Shown here: positions 1-9,417 of the stretch, piece after piece
How the letters are laid out: each line of letters begins with the position of its first letter
Numbering within the stretch: position 1 is the stretch's first letter
From: Eledone cirrhosa
Taxonomy: Eukaryota
Assembly: GCA_964016885.1 (NCBI GenBank)
Contig: OZ024755.1
Location: 38,874,001-38,938,000 of the forward strand
Length of the DNA: 64,000 nucleotides
Reading direction: 5' to 3'
Translations under genes and position numbers: made by a program
The notes under the pieces: generated by a model
Told to the model about the DNA's origin: nothing
Database searches by the model: none
Seen by the model: only the letters and a program-made list of their open reading frames with translations

Positions 1-830
1 AGCGGATAATACAAAAAACAGGGGCAGTTAACGTTTACAAAAATTGAGTAAAAAAGATAAAATATATAACAAGAAAATTCCCCAGTAGTGGGGTGTACGA
101 CCCAGGGGTCACTTACGAACCCCACCGATCCTATACCACCCTACTCTCCCAGAGCACCATAGGAAAGCGCCCCGCTCCTGCCCAAACTAGCCAGCATACA
201 GGCGTATGGTCAGAGTAGTCCCATCCATACGAGCCATTCTCATTACATTCAACCACCTTTCAACGAATGTTCTGGGCCTGGGGCAGCACCTCAGTCTCCA
301 CCCTCACCTACTTTTCCAAGTGGAACTTGAAAATATTGATGAGGGTTTGCCCGAAGAACAAAGTGTCTATCTTTGGTTCTTTCAGATTCATCCACAACAC
401 AACCGCTTTCACAACAGCCACCAGACAGGAAAACTGTCTGCCCTTCCGGACCATAAGAAGGTGGCGGGGCAATCTTCCTGATGGACTCGGTCAATAGCCG
501 CATGTGTCCTACATCCGATAATAACTGTTTGACAAAACTCCTCAAGTACGTAATGCACGGTCGCTGGACGTGGAGAAAGCTTTCACCGTCCTGCACGTCT
601 CTCGGGCAGGTCGTCTGCCTGACAGCAATTCCGTGTCCCGTAGAGTTTATCTCAAACCAGACGTTGTCCATAATCAAGAGTTCTCCGGAACAGACTGGTC
701 AGTTTGCTTTTGTCGGCACCGAGAAAGTCGTCACATTTGCCCACCACTAGTATTCTATAGAACTCTAGAGTAGAATTTCCACCGATTGCATTGCCCGACC
801 GGATGGCAAGGCGAGGTCACCTCCATTTTT
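1..830 (-). mobile_element. Degenerate 3' end of a non-LTR retrotransposon (Tx1/L1-clade-like ORF2 C-terminus plus 3' UTR)
   Basis: Minus-strand frames join across frameshifts and a stop into GNSTLEFYRILVVGKCDDFLG...MDN...CPR...FVKQLLSDVGHMRLLTESIRKIAPPPSYGPEGQTVFL/LVAVVKAVVLW...GQTLINIFKFHLEK*VRVETEVL...FVERWLNVMRMARM. This resembles the post-RT zinc-knuckle/C-terminal region of Tx1-like ORF2. A T-rich 3' UTR follows at about 1-200. Clade is from recall, not a search. Confidence 0.6.
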
Positions 831-997
831 ACGAAAAAAAATTGTGGGCATAAATTTTAGGTTTGAAGTTCATATGTTTATGTCCCCTTGGCAACAAAAA
901 ATATAGCAAGGTACCAATTTTAATAGCTGAAAACAAACTTGCGGTAGCAATCTGCAAGAATATTCAACAAACGGACGAATAAAATAATAATTGTAAT

Positions 998-1140
998 GGT
1001 TTCTGATTTAGGCACAATTTTCGGTGAGGGGAAAGTCGATTAATTCGACTCCAGTGCATTACTGGTACTTTATTTTATATACCCTGTAAGGAATAAAGGC
1101 GAAGTTAACTTCGGCGAGATTTGAACACAATACGTAAGAT
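998..1140 (-). mobile_element. tRNA-derived SINE-like repeat, copy 1 (Nin/Deu-domain-like core)
   Basis: Minus strand has a B-box-like GTTCAAATCTC (1116-1126), followed by GCCTTTATTCCTTACAGGG...AAAGTACCAGTAATGCACTGGAGTCGA, which resembles a conserved invertebrate SINE core. Confidence 0.55.
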
Positions 1141-1199
1141 GGAGTAATTCTATGCCTCAAAAAATGTTACACGCTAAAAGCACGTTACGCCTTAATGAT

Positions 1200-1290
1200 G
1201 GTTTTATCGACCTTGTAAGGAGGAAAGGCAAAGCTAACCTCCATGGGATTTGAACCTAGAACGTAAAGGGCCGTAACTAATACCACTAGA
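1200..1290 (-). mobile_element. tRNA-derived SINE-like repeat, partial copy 2
   Basis: Minus strand reads GGTTCAAATCC (B box, 1246-1256) then CTTTGCCTTTCCTCCTTACAAGGTCGATAAAA. It aligns by eye with 1070-1135. Confidence 0.5.
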
Positions 1291-1384
1291 ACATTCTCAT
1301 GATTCAATAATGTCTAACATAGTCCCATCGGATTTCAAATATTGGAAATCCGTTAATTTTATTTGAAGAAAACTCTTTTTTAAT

Positions 1385-1484
1385 GGGGTCCCGACTCTTT
1401 TCCTATTACCCACTCTACTACCCTAAGTATCGAGTACTCTGGTGAGTTATGGTCCACCTAGTTCCTTACCACACCTTCTTTGTT
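1385..1484 (+). mobile_element. 3' tail of a short hammerhead-associated (PLE-derived) element; inverted homolog of 10052-10149
   Basis: GGGGTC...TTCCTATTACCCACTCTACTACCCTAAGTATCGAGTACTCTGGTGAGTTATGGTCCACCTAGTTCCTTACCACA is the near-exact reverse complement of 10052-10149. It ends in (TA)n. Confidence 0.8.
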
Positions 1485-1486
1485 GA

Positions 1487-1525
<39 letters not shown>

Positions 1526-1527
<2 letters not shown>

Positions 1528-1760
1528 CATCATCATCATCATCGTTTAACGTCCATATTCCACGCTTGCATGGGTTTGGACGGGAGTTTTCCCACTTGAG
1601 GCAAGAGTGGTTGTCTTGCTCGCATAGGACTGTCTGGCGGGTTTTCTACGGCTGGATGCCCTTCCTAACACCAACCACGTTTACAGTGTGGACTGGGACG
1701 TTTTTACTGTGTTACCTACACGGTCACATGGACTGTGTGTTTTTTTTTTTGTCGTGACAC
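1526..1760 (-). mobile_element. SINE-like repeat with (ATG)n tail and conserved GGAAGGGCATCCAGCCGTAGAAAA core (MetaSINE-like)
   Basis: Minus strand has GTGGTTGGTGTTAGGAAGGGCATCCAGCCGTAGAAAA and ends ...CCGTCCAAACCCATGCAAGCGTGGAATATGGACGTTAAACGATGATGATGATG, a LINE-type 3' tail with ATG repeats. The 5' boundary is approximate. Confidence 0.6.
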
Positions 1761-1993
1761 CTACACGACCTCGTTTGTTTCGGGCTGGATGTTGTGGTAC
1801 CAACATAACTTTACATTGTATATATATATATATATATAGAATATTTAAGTACCGAGAGAGAGAAAAGAAGACATAAGCGATACATATATTATTTGCCAAA
1901 AGCTTGTACAGATGTACTCAATACTTGTGCCTACAGGGTTAAATATTAGAAGCGGTAATATCTAGCGGGCGAGAATATAAGCAGAGCGGTTAC

Positions 1994-2159
1994 AAGTGAA
2001 ATGAATACAAAGGAGTATATACCGTTAAAACATGTTTATATAAAAAAAATGCACTTACGTACGTTTCGCCCAAAAAGGGCTTCTCAAGGGCATAGAAGAC
2101 AAAAAAATGATCAGTACCTGACCCAGGTGGGGTTTTAAGGTTAAGTTTACATCAGAGTT
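1994..2159 (-). repeat. Inverted pseudo-LTR (left copy)
   Basis: AAGTGAAATGAATACAAAGGAGTATATACCG...GGTTAAGTTTACATCAGAGTT matches the reverse complement of 5241-5403, with a few substitutions and homopolymer length differences. Confidence 0.95.
2049..2093 (-). ncRNA. Minimal type-I hammerhead ribozyme motif, U3-A8 core variant (left pLTR)
   Basis: Minus strand: ATGCCC-TTGAGAA-GCCC(TTTTT)GGGC-GAAA-CGTACG-TA/AGTGCAT. Helix II is 4 bp, helix III is palindromic, the cleavage triplet is GUA, and helix I is imperfect. Confidence 0.7.
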
Positions 2160-2188
2160 ATAGTAGAGCACTATACTTTATTTGCAAT

Positions 2189-4977
2189 ATGATGGAGAAT
2201 CAGCCGTTACCCATGTCTCTCAAGTGTATCCCCTTACCTAGCAGAAAAACATACATCAAGCAACTTATAGACGCCACTAACTCGTTTATACGGAGGGTAA
2301 GATGGAAGGCCTACCACCTTGATAAGGACACCCGTAACCTTCTTCCAGAACCGAAAGAGAGATACGGCTTCAAAACGTACCGAAACCAACCGCACAACAC
2401 CCTGCTGGAGCTCTTTGAGGAAGACTTGCTGAAACTGATCAGAAACATCAAGTTTAAGAGTAAACGCCAATGCAGTAATCCATTCCCAACGCACTCATTA
2501 CCAAGATCAAGAGCGACCCACACCTCTTCGTTACCTCTGACAAAACCAAGAAGCTGTACAAGATGGACGCGAGCAAGTACAAACAATTCATTTATAAAGA
2601 ACTACACAAAAATTATTTAAAAAACGCCCATTAGTACCTTAAATGACATAAATAGGGTAGGGAAGGATATAGTTACTAGCTTAGACATAGATAAGTACAC
2701 CAACCCTTATGTCCCTCTGACACCTAGATTCTCTCTTAAGGATCACAAATATAACTTTAATGAAAACCCCTCTATTAGACTAATATGTCCCTCTACATCG
2801 GATACAGGTAAAATTAGTAAAGTGATCCTGGATAGATTACTACTAGAACTTAATAGCAAAGCCAAGGTCAGTCTCTGGAGCAACACCGACCAGGTCATTA
2901 ATTGGTTCACGGAGTTGCCTGATAAAGCAACTCTCAAGTTCATCCAGTTTGACATAGACAGCAACTACGCCTCGATCTCCCCCATACTCTTAAATAAGGC
3001 ACTTAACTTAGCTAAGTCTAATACTAGCCTCACTAAAAAAGAGATAGATATAGTGCTCGCAGTGCGTAGAACTATTATCAAATTCGAAGGCTCCTATTGG
3101 ACCAGAACCAACCGTCCTGATAACTTCGATATCACGATGGGGTCCAGTGACTTGGCGCAAGTGACCGACCTGGTCGATATATACCTCCTCCATAGACTTA
3201 GAGACGAGATACCGGCCCTACAAGGAGGTGTATATAGGGACGATGTCCTATTTACTGTTAGAAACCATAGCCCTCGCAGGATAGAGAACCTTAACAAGCG
3301 CATACACAGGTTCTTCAAGTCATATGGCTTGTCCGTGACTATAGACCTCAACCACCAGATAGTCAACTTCCTGGATGTGACTCTGGAGTTGAGTACGGGC
3401 CTATACAAACCATACCATAAACCCGGCGAGATTCTATCTTATATAAACTATGCTTCTAACCCTAACTCTAGGTCTACTCTCAACTCCATAGTATATAGCA
3501 TATCCCATAGGATCTCGAGGCTCTCCGCAAACGAGGATATCTTCAACCAAGCGGCCGAATACTACAATAAGGTATTGCTAAATGCCGGAATTAAGCGGAG
3601 AATCTCCTATATCCCTAACGCTAGCTCTAGAAACCAACCCCACCATAGGACTAATGTTATAGTAAGCCATACCTATAACCGAGTACGCAGCGGCCCAGAC
3701 AGAGTCAAGAACTATAGTATAGAGAATCACACTAAGGAACTTGGTCAAACCGTTAATTACATGAGTGGTGGCCATGATACGCCACAGCACAATAAGGGTC
3801 ACCAGATTCGTAACGCTAGCCGCTGTAGCCTGCTAGAATTATTCCCTAACTATAAGATTAACAATGGCGGTGGCTTATTACCAACGCCCTCCAACCGGCG
3901 TCTAGCTACACAAAAGTAACGGAAGGAAGGCGCGGCCACCCGACTATAAAGTGAAGGGGACGCATAACTGGCTACAGCACAATAACAACCATAAGTACAG
4001 TCAACTATGAAGCACAACCCGTAGCAAACCCACGGGGAAACGGAAACGCCACCGTAATGTCCTATGGTCCCCCCCTACTCTCGGAGTGTGACCTCCGACC
4101 TACCGAGGATATTCTTCGAAGCCTTAGAGAAGAAATTCCCACCCATTCATAAATACAGGAAAATACTTAATAAGAACAATATTAAAATATCCTTCTCTAC
4201 CACCCCCAATCTAGCAGACATCATAGGAGCAACTAATCATAGTAAGATCACCGAAACACAGCACCTTAGCACAGATATATCTAGACCCGACAACAACACT
4301 AATAGCCTTAACGTCTCCCTAGCAGCACCCAATAGCCCCGACAGACGAAACCGGCATAACCAAGGTGAGACTGAGGAGTATGCTGGTGACCTGCACGGGT
4401 CACCCACCGGCAACGGAACGGGCTGCGGCGTGCGGAGGGATAATGGTACTACCCCGCAGGCCTTGAGATATAACAGTACCAACGACTGGGATAGAGGCGT
4501 AGATAACAACATAGGTAGCAATAGTAATAGCTTACTTCAGGAACTAGGAGCGACCGTGACAGAAAATGCAACTGTCGTGACAGGGGAAGCTGCCCTCTCA
4601 GAGGAAACTGCCTGACTGATAATGTTATTTATAGGTGCACCATAACTAGCCACAATAGAGTTAAACACTATATAGGGGCTACCTCTGGCCAGTTCAAAAC
4701 TAGATTTCGAACACATCTCCACTCTTTTAGGAACAAACAACTAAGACACTCCACGTCACTTGCCAATTACGTCACTACATTAAAAGACGCCAACATCAGC
4801 TTCTCCACACACTGGGATATTGTCGGTAGGGCTGCACCCTACAATTTCAAGAGGAAGTGCGAGCTTTGCCTCATGGAGCTTTACTATATCATAAGAACAC
4901 CCCCTGAACTGATAAACAGCAGAGCTGAACCGGTCATAAGCTGCAGGCACCGAATAAAGGTGACTTATTTAGGGTGA
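2189..4977 (+). pseudogene. PLE polyprotein (reverse transcriptase + GIY-YIG endonuclease), disrupted by about 5 frameshifts and a stop
   Basis: Motifs in order: N-terminal SLKCIPLPS..FIRRVRWKA..YGFK..FEEDL; SDKT (frame 1, ~2535); LKDHK..NPSIRLICP..GKISKVILD; FDIDS; ITMGSSD; YRDD; NFLDVTL..YKPYHKP; RHRNVLW/PPYS..KKFP.HKYRKILNKNNIKISFS; then the zinc-finger/GIY-YIG. Frameshifts are near 2487, 2618, 3910, 4066 and 4535, with an in-frame TGA at 4008-4010. Confidence 0.9.
4531..4977 (+). pseudogene. GIY-YIG endonuclease domain of the PLE (not in the ORF track)
   Basis: Frame 1 reads KCNCRDRGSCPLRGNCLTDNVIYRCTITSHNRVKHYIGATSGQFKTRFRTHLHSFRNKQLRHSTSLANYV...WDIVGRAAPYNFKRKCELCLME...INSRAEPVISCRHRIKVTYLG*, with the stop TGA at 4975-4977. 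VIY...YIG and the catalytic-type R, E and N residues are present. Confidence 0.92.
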
Positions 4978-5240
4978 GAACCCGCTGTGGCATGAAAACT
5001 ATAAACTGGGTCCCCCTGCCCAAACCATAACACTCCGGCGGGCAGCCAGCGCAATCAAACATCTGTGAACCAAATATGCATCCCAGACCCGGCTCGAACC
5101 GGCAATAGTAAAGCAGTACCCCAAAAATAATAACGCAAAACACCATCATGTGAAGGGGTAAAAAAGCAGTGGGGACAATTATTCAAGCACCGGCCAGAGT
5201 TACTCCTCTCGCTCTGTGGCAGGAACAACACATGTGCATG

Positions 5241-5400
5241 AACTCTGATGTAAACTTAACCTTAAAACCCCTCCTGGGTCACGTACTGATCATTTTTTGT
5301 CTTCTATGCCCTTGAGAAGCCCTTTTTGGGCGAAACGTACGAAGGTGCATTTTTTATATAAACATGTTTTAACGGTATATACTCCTTTGTATCCATTTCA

Positions 5401-5403
<3 letters not shown>
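5241..5403 (+). repeat. Pseudo-LTR (right, sense copy)
   Basis: Reverse complement of 1994-2159; ends directly in (TA)n. Confidence 0.95.
5306..5350 (+). ncRNA. Minimal hammerhead motif, U3-A8 variant (right pLTR; U16.1 mutated to A)
   Basis: ATGCCC-TTGAGAA-GCCC(TTTTT)GGGC-GAAA-CGTACG-AA-GGTGCAT. This matches the left copy except that GTA is GAA at the cleavage triplet, so it is probably inactive. Confidence 0.6.
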
Positions 5404-5458
<55 letters not shown>

Positions 5459-5461
<3 letters not shown>

Positions 5462-5648
5462 ATAATAATAAATGTGAAGACTAAAATCCAAAGAGGGCTC
5501 GATAAGGATAAATATATATCAAATATATAAGAACCCTAGAGCAAATATTTATTAAAATAACAGATTAAAGTTTAAGCAAAGAATCGCTGGTTTCGCCCTT
5601 AACGGGATCCTCAGCGATTCTTTGCTTAAACTTTAATGTTATTTTAAT
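5459..5648 (-). mobile_element. Short fold-back element centred on a hammerhead-like core
   Basis: Inverted arms of about 38 bp at 5550-5589 and 5612-5648. The minus-strand centre is CTGAGGA-TCCC(GTTAA)GGGC-GAAA-C. A tail extends to 5459. It is flanked by (TA)n and has homologs at 8343-8404 and 8668-8718. Confidence 0.7.
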
Positions 5649-5909
5649 ATATATATATATATATATATGCGAGAGAGAGAGAGGTTGCTGAATGGCGACT
5701 GAGTTAAGTGTTAGGTTAAACAAATGGCTGGGAGGTGTATGTTTAAACAATATACATTTTTAAACTATAGGATTAAATAAATGTCTGGTAAAGACAGACT
5801 GTTTCTCAGTTTAATATGTTTAATGTTTATTTTACAGCTATTAATTCTCGTAATATATTGAAGAAAAACTCAGGAAAATAAACACTACTTATCGTTTACG
5901 GTATATCTA

Positions 5910-6270
5910 TCTATATACTACTAAAACTCTGTGATTTCTTCATTGCCTGTCTGTAATGTAATACAGCCAAAACGGCAATTAATGGGAATACTTTGAAAGG
6001 AAGTTGCCCCTGAAATGGGAATACAAATGGAATAAAACACGTTTCGCGTAATTCGGAGCACAGGTTCCCGAGATACGGGTTTTTTCCGGGTACCTTCACA
6101 AACACAGAGAGAGAAGGATAGAGAGAAAGAAATAGTGGTTGTGAGAGAGTAGAATGAAAGAGAGACATGTCTGTGTACATTTTAATTATTTAAAAATTAT
6201 TTTTAAGTGAACATGATTTAAAGAAAGTATCTTTAAGTGGACGTGACCCAACGGGTCACAGGTGGTCTAG
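5910..6270 (+). mobile_element. Non-autonomous Helitron-like element
   Basis: 5' end A|TCTATATACTACTAAAA. 3' end has hairpin GTGACCC-AAC-GGGTCAC (6243-6259), a 7-nt spacer, then CTAG|T (6267-6270). These are the standard Helitron TC...hairpin-CTRR termini in an AT target. Confidence 0.7.
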
Positions 6271-6344
6271 TAATTATATTATATTATATATATTATTATA
6301 TGGTCTAGTATTTATATAACAACAAAGTGTGCTTCCTTTTACTT

Positions 6345-6765
6345 GTTGATATTACATCCAACCCAGAATCGAAGAGATCGGTGACAATAACAAAATTAAT
6401 TTTGGATTTCTGTCCCCGATTCCCTTTATACCATTTGTATTTATGGATACCTTTCTTTTGAATGAATGTGTTCATAATAGAGAACTGATTACCAGAACAG
6501 AAGTCTAATAAGGCCTCTCTGTTCATATTTAGATTGGGATCTCCGTTGTGAGATGGTCAGGGCGAATATGTGCATTGAAGACTTCTATTAGGATATGTGG
6601 CTCCCAGTCTTAACTATAGCTAATACTGCAGTGAAGGATCGATATTTGGGTTATGTTTGGTGCATAAACCTGTACCACCCACAGAGAACTTTCTTTCAAC
6701 TTAAACGTAAGAGGCATATCGTCCCTCCCCCATGGGATCCCATTCATAAAACATTCTGGCAGCTG
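6345..6765 (-). pseudogene. Fragment of an RTE-like LINE apurinic-type (APE) endonuclease
   Basis: Minus-strand pieces read KLKESSLWVVQVYAPN...LIEVFNAHI (degenerate GDFNAHV)...NREALLDFCSGNQFSIMNTFIQKKGIHKYKWY...QKSKINFVIV (degenerate SxIDF). These are exonuclease-endonuclease-phosphatase family motifs. Confidence 0.75.
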
Positions 6766-6808
6766 GGGGGAATGGGGGGAGTTGTGCACTCATTTCTAGC
6801 GCCACACC

Positions 6809-6873
<65 letters not shown>

Positions 6874-7122
6874 GTTAAACAATATTCAATGATTATGTCA
6901 AAGAATGAGTTTTACAGTAGATTGGAAGCACTCAACGAAAAAAAAAATTTCTGGAGTTGTTCTTTTGATCAATTACATTTTATTATACATATTTCGGATG
7001 TACAACAGTACGTCCTCATCAGACAAAATATAATGATACATGACATACCCTGACATGTTAAATGGTTAAGATTTAATCAAGGTAGTGATTAACCCAAGAG
7101 AAAATTTTACTTATATCCCATC

Positions 7123-7167
7123 TAATATATATATATACATATATATATATGTATATATGTCTATATG

Positions 7168-7226
<59 letters not shown>

Positions 7227-7394
7227 ATATATATGTATATATGTATATATATATACATATATACATATACACAAACACGTGCGTACACATGCATATGTAA
7301 GTATATAAGTTATGCATATATTTATACATACAAACATTTCCACACACACATGTATGTGCTTATATATGTTTGACGATCCTACTTGTTTGTTTGC

Positions 7395-7434
<40 letters not shown>
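7123..7434. repeat. Compound (TA)n/(TATG)n/(CA)n microsatellite region
   Basis: Directly visible dinucleotide tracts; the source of the YIYI/THTH ORFs. Confidence 0.95.
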
Positions 7435-7435
<1 letters not shown>

Positions 7436-7444
7436 TTATATATA

Positions 7445-7774
7445 CAATGATATTAAATAAATGGAAACTACATTTACAAAACCATATTTATTCTATTATA
7501 TATATTTCAAGGGTACCAAAAACTTTGGTACGCTTTCATCAGATAAAATTCAAAGTGTGTTTTATAAATGTTGACATAACCAAGGAAAACATACCTTATC
7601 AGTGGAATATTCCTTGGATACGTATTCCACTATCCAAGGAATACTTCAACTGATAAGGTATGTTCCTTGGATATGTCAGATGAATGCGTACCAAAGTTTT
7701 TGGTACCCTTGAAATATATATAATAGAATAAATATGGTTTTATAAATATAGTTTCCATTTATTTAAAATCATTG
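7445..7774. mobile_element. 330-bp fold-back (palindromic) element with hammerhead motifs in both arms
   Basis: 7445-7620 is the reverse complement of 7631-7774, around a 10-nt loop CGTATTCCAC. The right arm lacks ~28 nt present in the left arm. A tail continues to about 7820. Confidence 0.9.
7490..7549 (-). ncRNA. Type-I hammerhead ribozyme, canonical core
   Basis: Minus strand: ATTTTAT-CTGATGA-AAGCGTACCA(AAGTTT..)TGGTACCCTT-GAAA-TATATA-TA/ATAGAAT. Helix I is 7 bp with one G-U, helix II is ~9 bp with one C-C mismatch, helix III is palindromic and minimal, and the cleavage triplet is AUA. Confidence 0.8.
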
Positions 7775-8226
7775 AATATTTACTCCAGAAATCTGTCGAG
7801 TGCTCTGAATCAGTTATAAATATTTATATTTGTTGAATTACCAACAAACTGAATATCCCTTCTGCTTACATTTATATATACATTTATATATATATCTTTT
7901 ACTATTCCACAATGCTTCAAGCAAACTTCAATACTCTCTTATATATATATCTATATATCTAAAACAGAGAATGTCTGTAGGTCCGAACACTAAAACTCGA
8001 GAACCACCCAACCGATTATTTTCAAACTTTACACATGTAATATTTATGGTCCTGTGAAAACATTATCAATGCCCTGGGGACTGCATTAGGTGATTTAGCA
8101 ATCTCTCTCTATAATTCTTGATACATAGATATAACGTTTCGCCCTTATAATATCTGTATATGTCTGGCTGTCTGCATTACGACATTATGACTTAGCTGTG
8201 TATGTGTATATATATGTATATATATA

Positions 8227-8286
<60 letters not shown>

Positions 8287-8342
8287 TGGAACGTTTTTCG
8301 AAATATTTACTTCTGCGTTCACAGATTGATTTTTTTTAGTTT

Positions 8343-8403
8343 CAGAAGATCCCGTTATGGGTGAAACAGCGATTCTTTGCTTAAACTTTAATTTGTTATT
8401 TTG

Positions 8404-8404
<1 letters not shown>
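8343..8404 (+). mobile_element. Second copy of the hammerhead-like core family seen at 5550-5614
   Basis: CAGAAGA-TCCC(GTTAT)GGGT-GAAA-CAGCGATTCTTTGCTTAAACTTTAATTTGTTATTTTGA aligns with the minus strand of 5551-5614. Core U4 is mutated. Confidence 0.7.
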
Positions 8405-8459
<55 letters not shown>

Positions 8460-8552
8460 TGAATGAATGAATAACAACACAATCGGTATATATATATATG
8501 CGTACATACAAACATACATTCATTCATTCATTCATACATACACATACATACA

Positions 8553-8597
<45 letters not shown>

Positions 8598-8667
8598 CTT
8601 TATATTCGTGTACAGAAATTCTTGCATACACAATAACAAAATATAAACAAACGAATTTATTTCACGA

Positions 8668-8718
8668 GGCTCGATAAGGATAAATATATATCAAATATAT
8701 AAGAACCCTAGAGCAAAT
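8668..8718. repeat. 51-bp exact repeat of 5496-5546
   Basis: GGCTCGATAAGGATAAATATATATCAAATATATAAGAACCCTAGAGCAAAT is present at both positions. Confidence 0.95.
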
Positions 8719-8745
8719 CCCGAGTAACGCCGGGCCATTCTCCTA

Positions 8746-8790
<45 letters not shown>

Positions 8791-8879
8791 ATATATATAT
8801 GTAATGGATGTGTGTGTATATTTAGGCGAGTTATCGATTGTTAATAGACTGGCTGGAGCAAAAACACGCTTTTGTTTAC

Positions 8880-8914
<35 letters not shown>

Positions 8915-9287
8915 TATATATATGTGTAAAAGGTAAACAGAAATAACCACACAATCGGTATATATATATATATATGCGTACATACAAACATACACACGCG
9001 CATATACATACATACACACACATACATACAAACATAAACATACGTAGACACATGTCTATGTATATAGTTGTTATATAATGTAATAGGTAAATTACGGAGA
9101 GTAAAGTTGTAGGAAATGTTGTGATTATGTGGCAATCTCAGACGTATCGGAACCTCGGTCTGTTCTCTCTCTGTTGTCAGACAGACTCTTCGTCGTCTGT
9201 GAGGAATAGAAAACATCAACAATACAAAACAAACGGAACAACACAGAACAGTAGAACAGAATAAAGGAAGCCATCCAGAAAGTCAAC

Positions 9288-9324
9288 ATATATATATATA
9301 TATATATTACACACACACACACAC

Positions 9325-9365
<41 letters not shown>

Positions 9366-9377
9366 CACACACACACA

Positions 9378-9417
<40 letters not shown>

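Larger units (their letters stand above)
1838..5403 (+). mobile_element. Penelope-like element (Naiad-type) with inverted pseudo-LTRs, flanked by (TA)n
   Basis: Contains an RT plus C-terminal GIY-YIG coding region (2189-4977). 1994-2159 is the reverse complement of 5241-5403. Both repeats carry a hammerhead-like motif. (TA)n lies at 1818-1837 and 5403-5458. Including 1838-1993 is an inference: it is read as a longer 3' tail present only in the inverted copy. Confidence 0.88.
7950..8746 (+). mobile_element. Non-autonomous Helitron-like element with nested or captured fragments
   Basis: 5' end A|TCTATATATCTAAAACAGAGAATGTCTGT. 3' end has hairpin CCCG-AGTAACGC-CGGG (8719-8734) then CTAG|T (8743-8746). 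That both ends belong to one element is inferred. Confidence 0.55.

Noticed and set aside
206-773. Plus-strand short ORFs
   Set aside because: They are antisense shadows of the minus-strand LINE remnant and carry no motifs.
1329-1352. Hairpin CGGATTTC-AAATATTG-GAAATCCG
   Set aside because: It is an isolated 8-bp stem without ribozyme core or Helitron CTRR context, so no function can be assigned.
4531-4977. Selenoprotein-type Naiad (UGA for Sec at zinc-finger cysteines, reported for some spider and clam Naiads)
   Set aside because: All conserved Cys codons here are TGC/TGT. The one in-frame TGA noted (4008-4010) is in a non-conserved linker and is best explained as CGA>TGA decay.
1994-5403. 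TIR DNA transposon
   Set aside because: The enclosed ORF is RT plus GIY-YIG, not a DDE transposase. The inverted repeats are PLE pseudo-LTR copies.
9135-9190. Possible hammerhead on the minus strand (CTGACAA...GATACGTC)
   Set aside because: Two core positions deviate and no convincing helix I or II is present. At best it is a decayed remnant.
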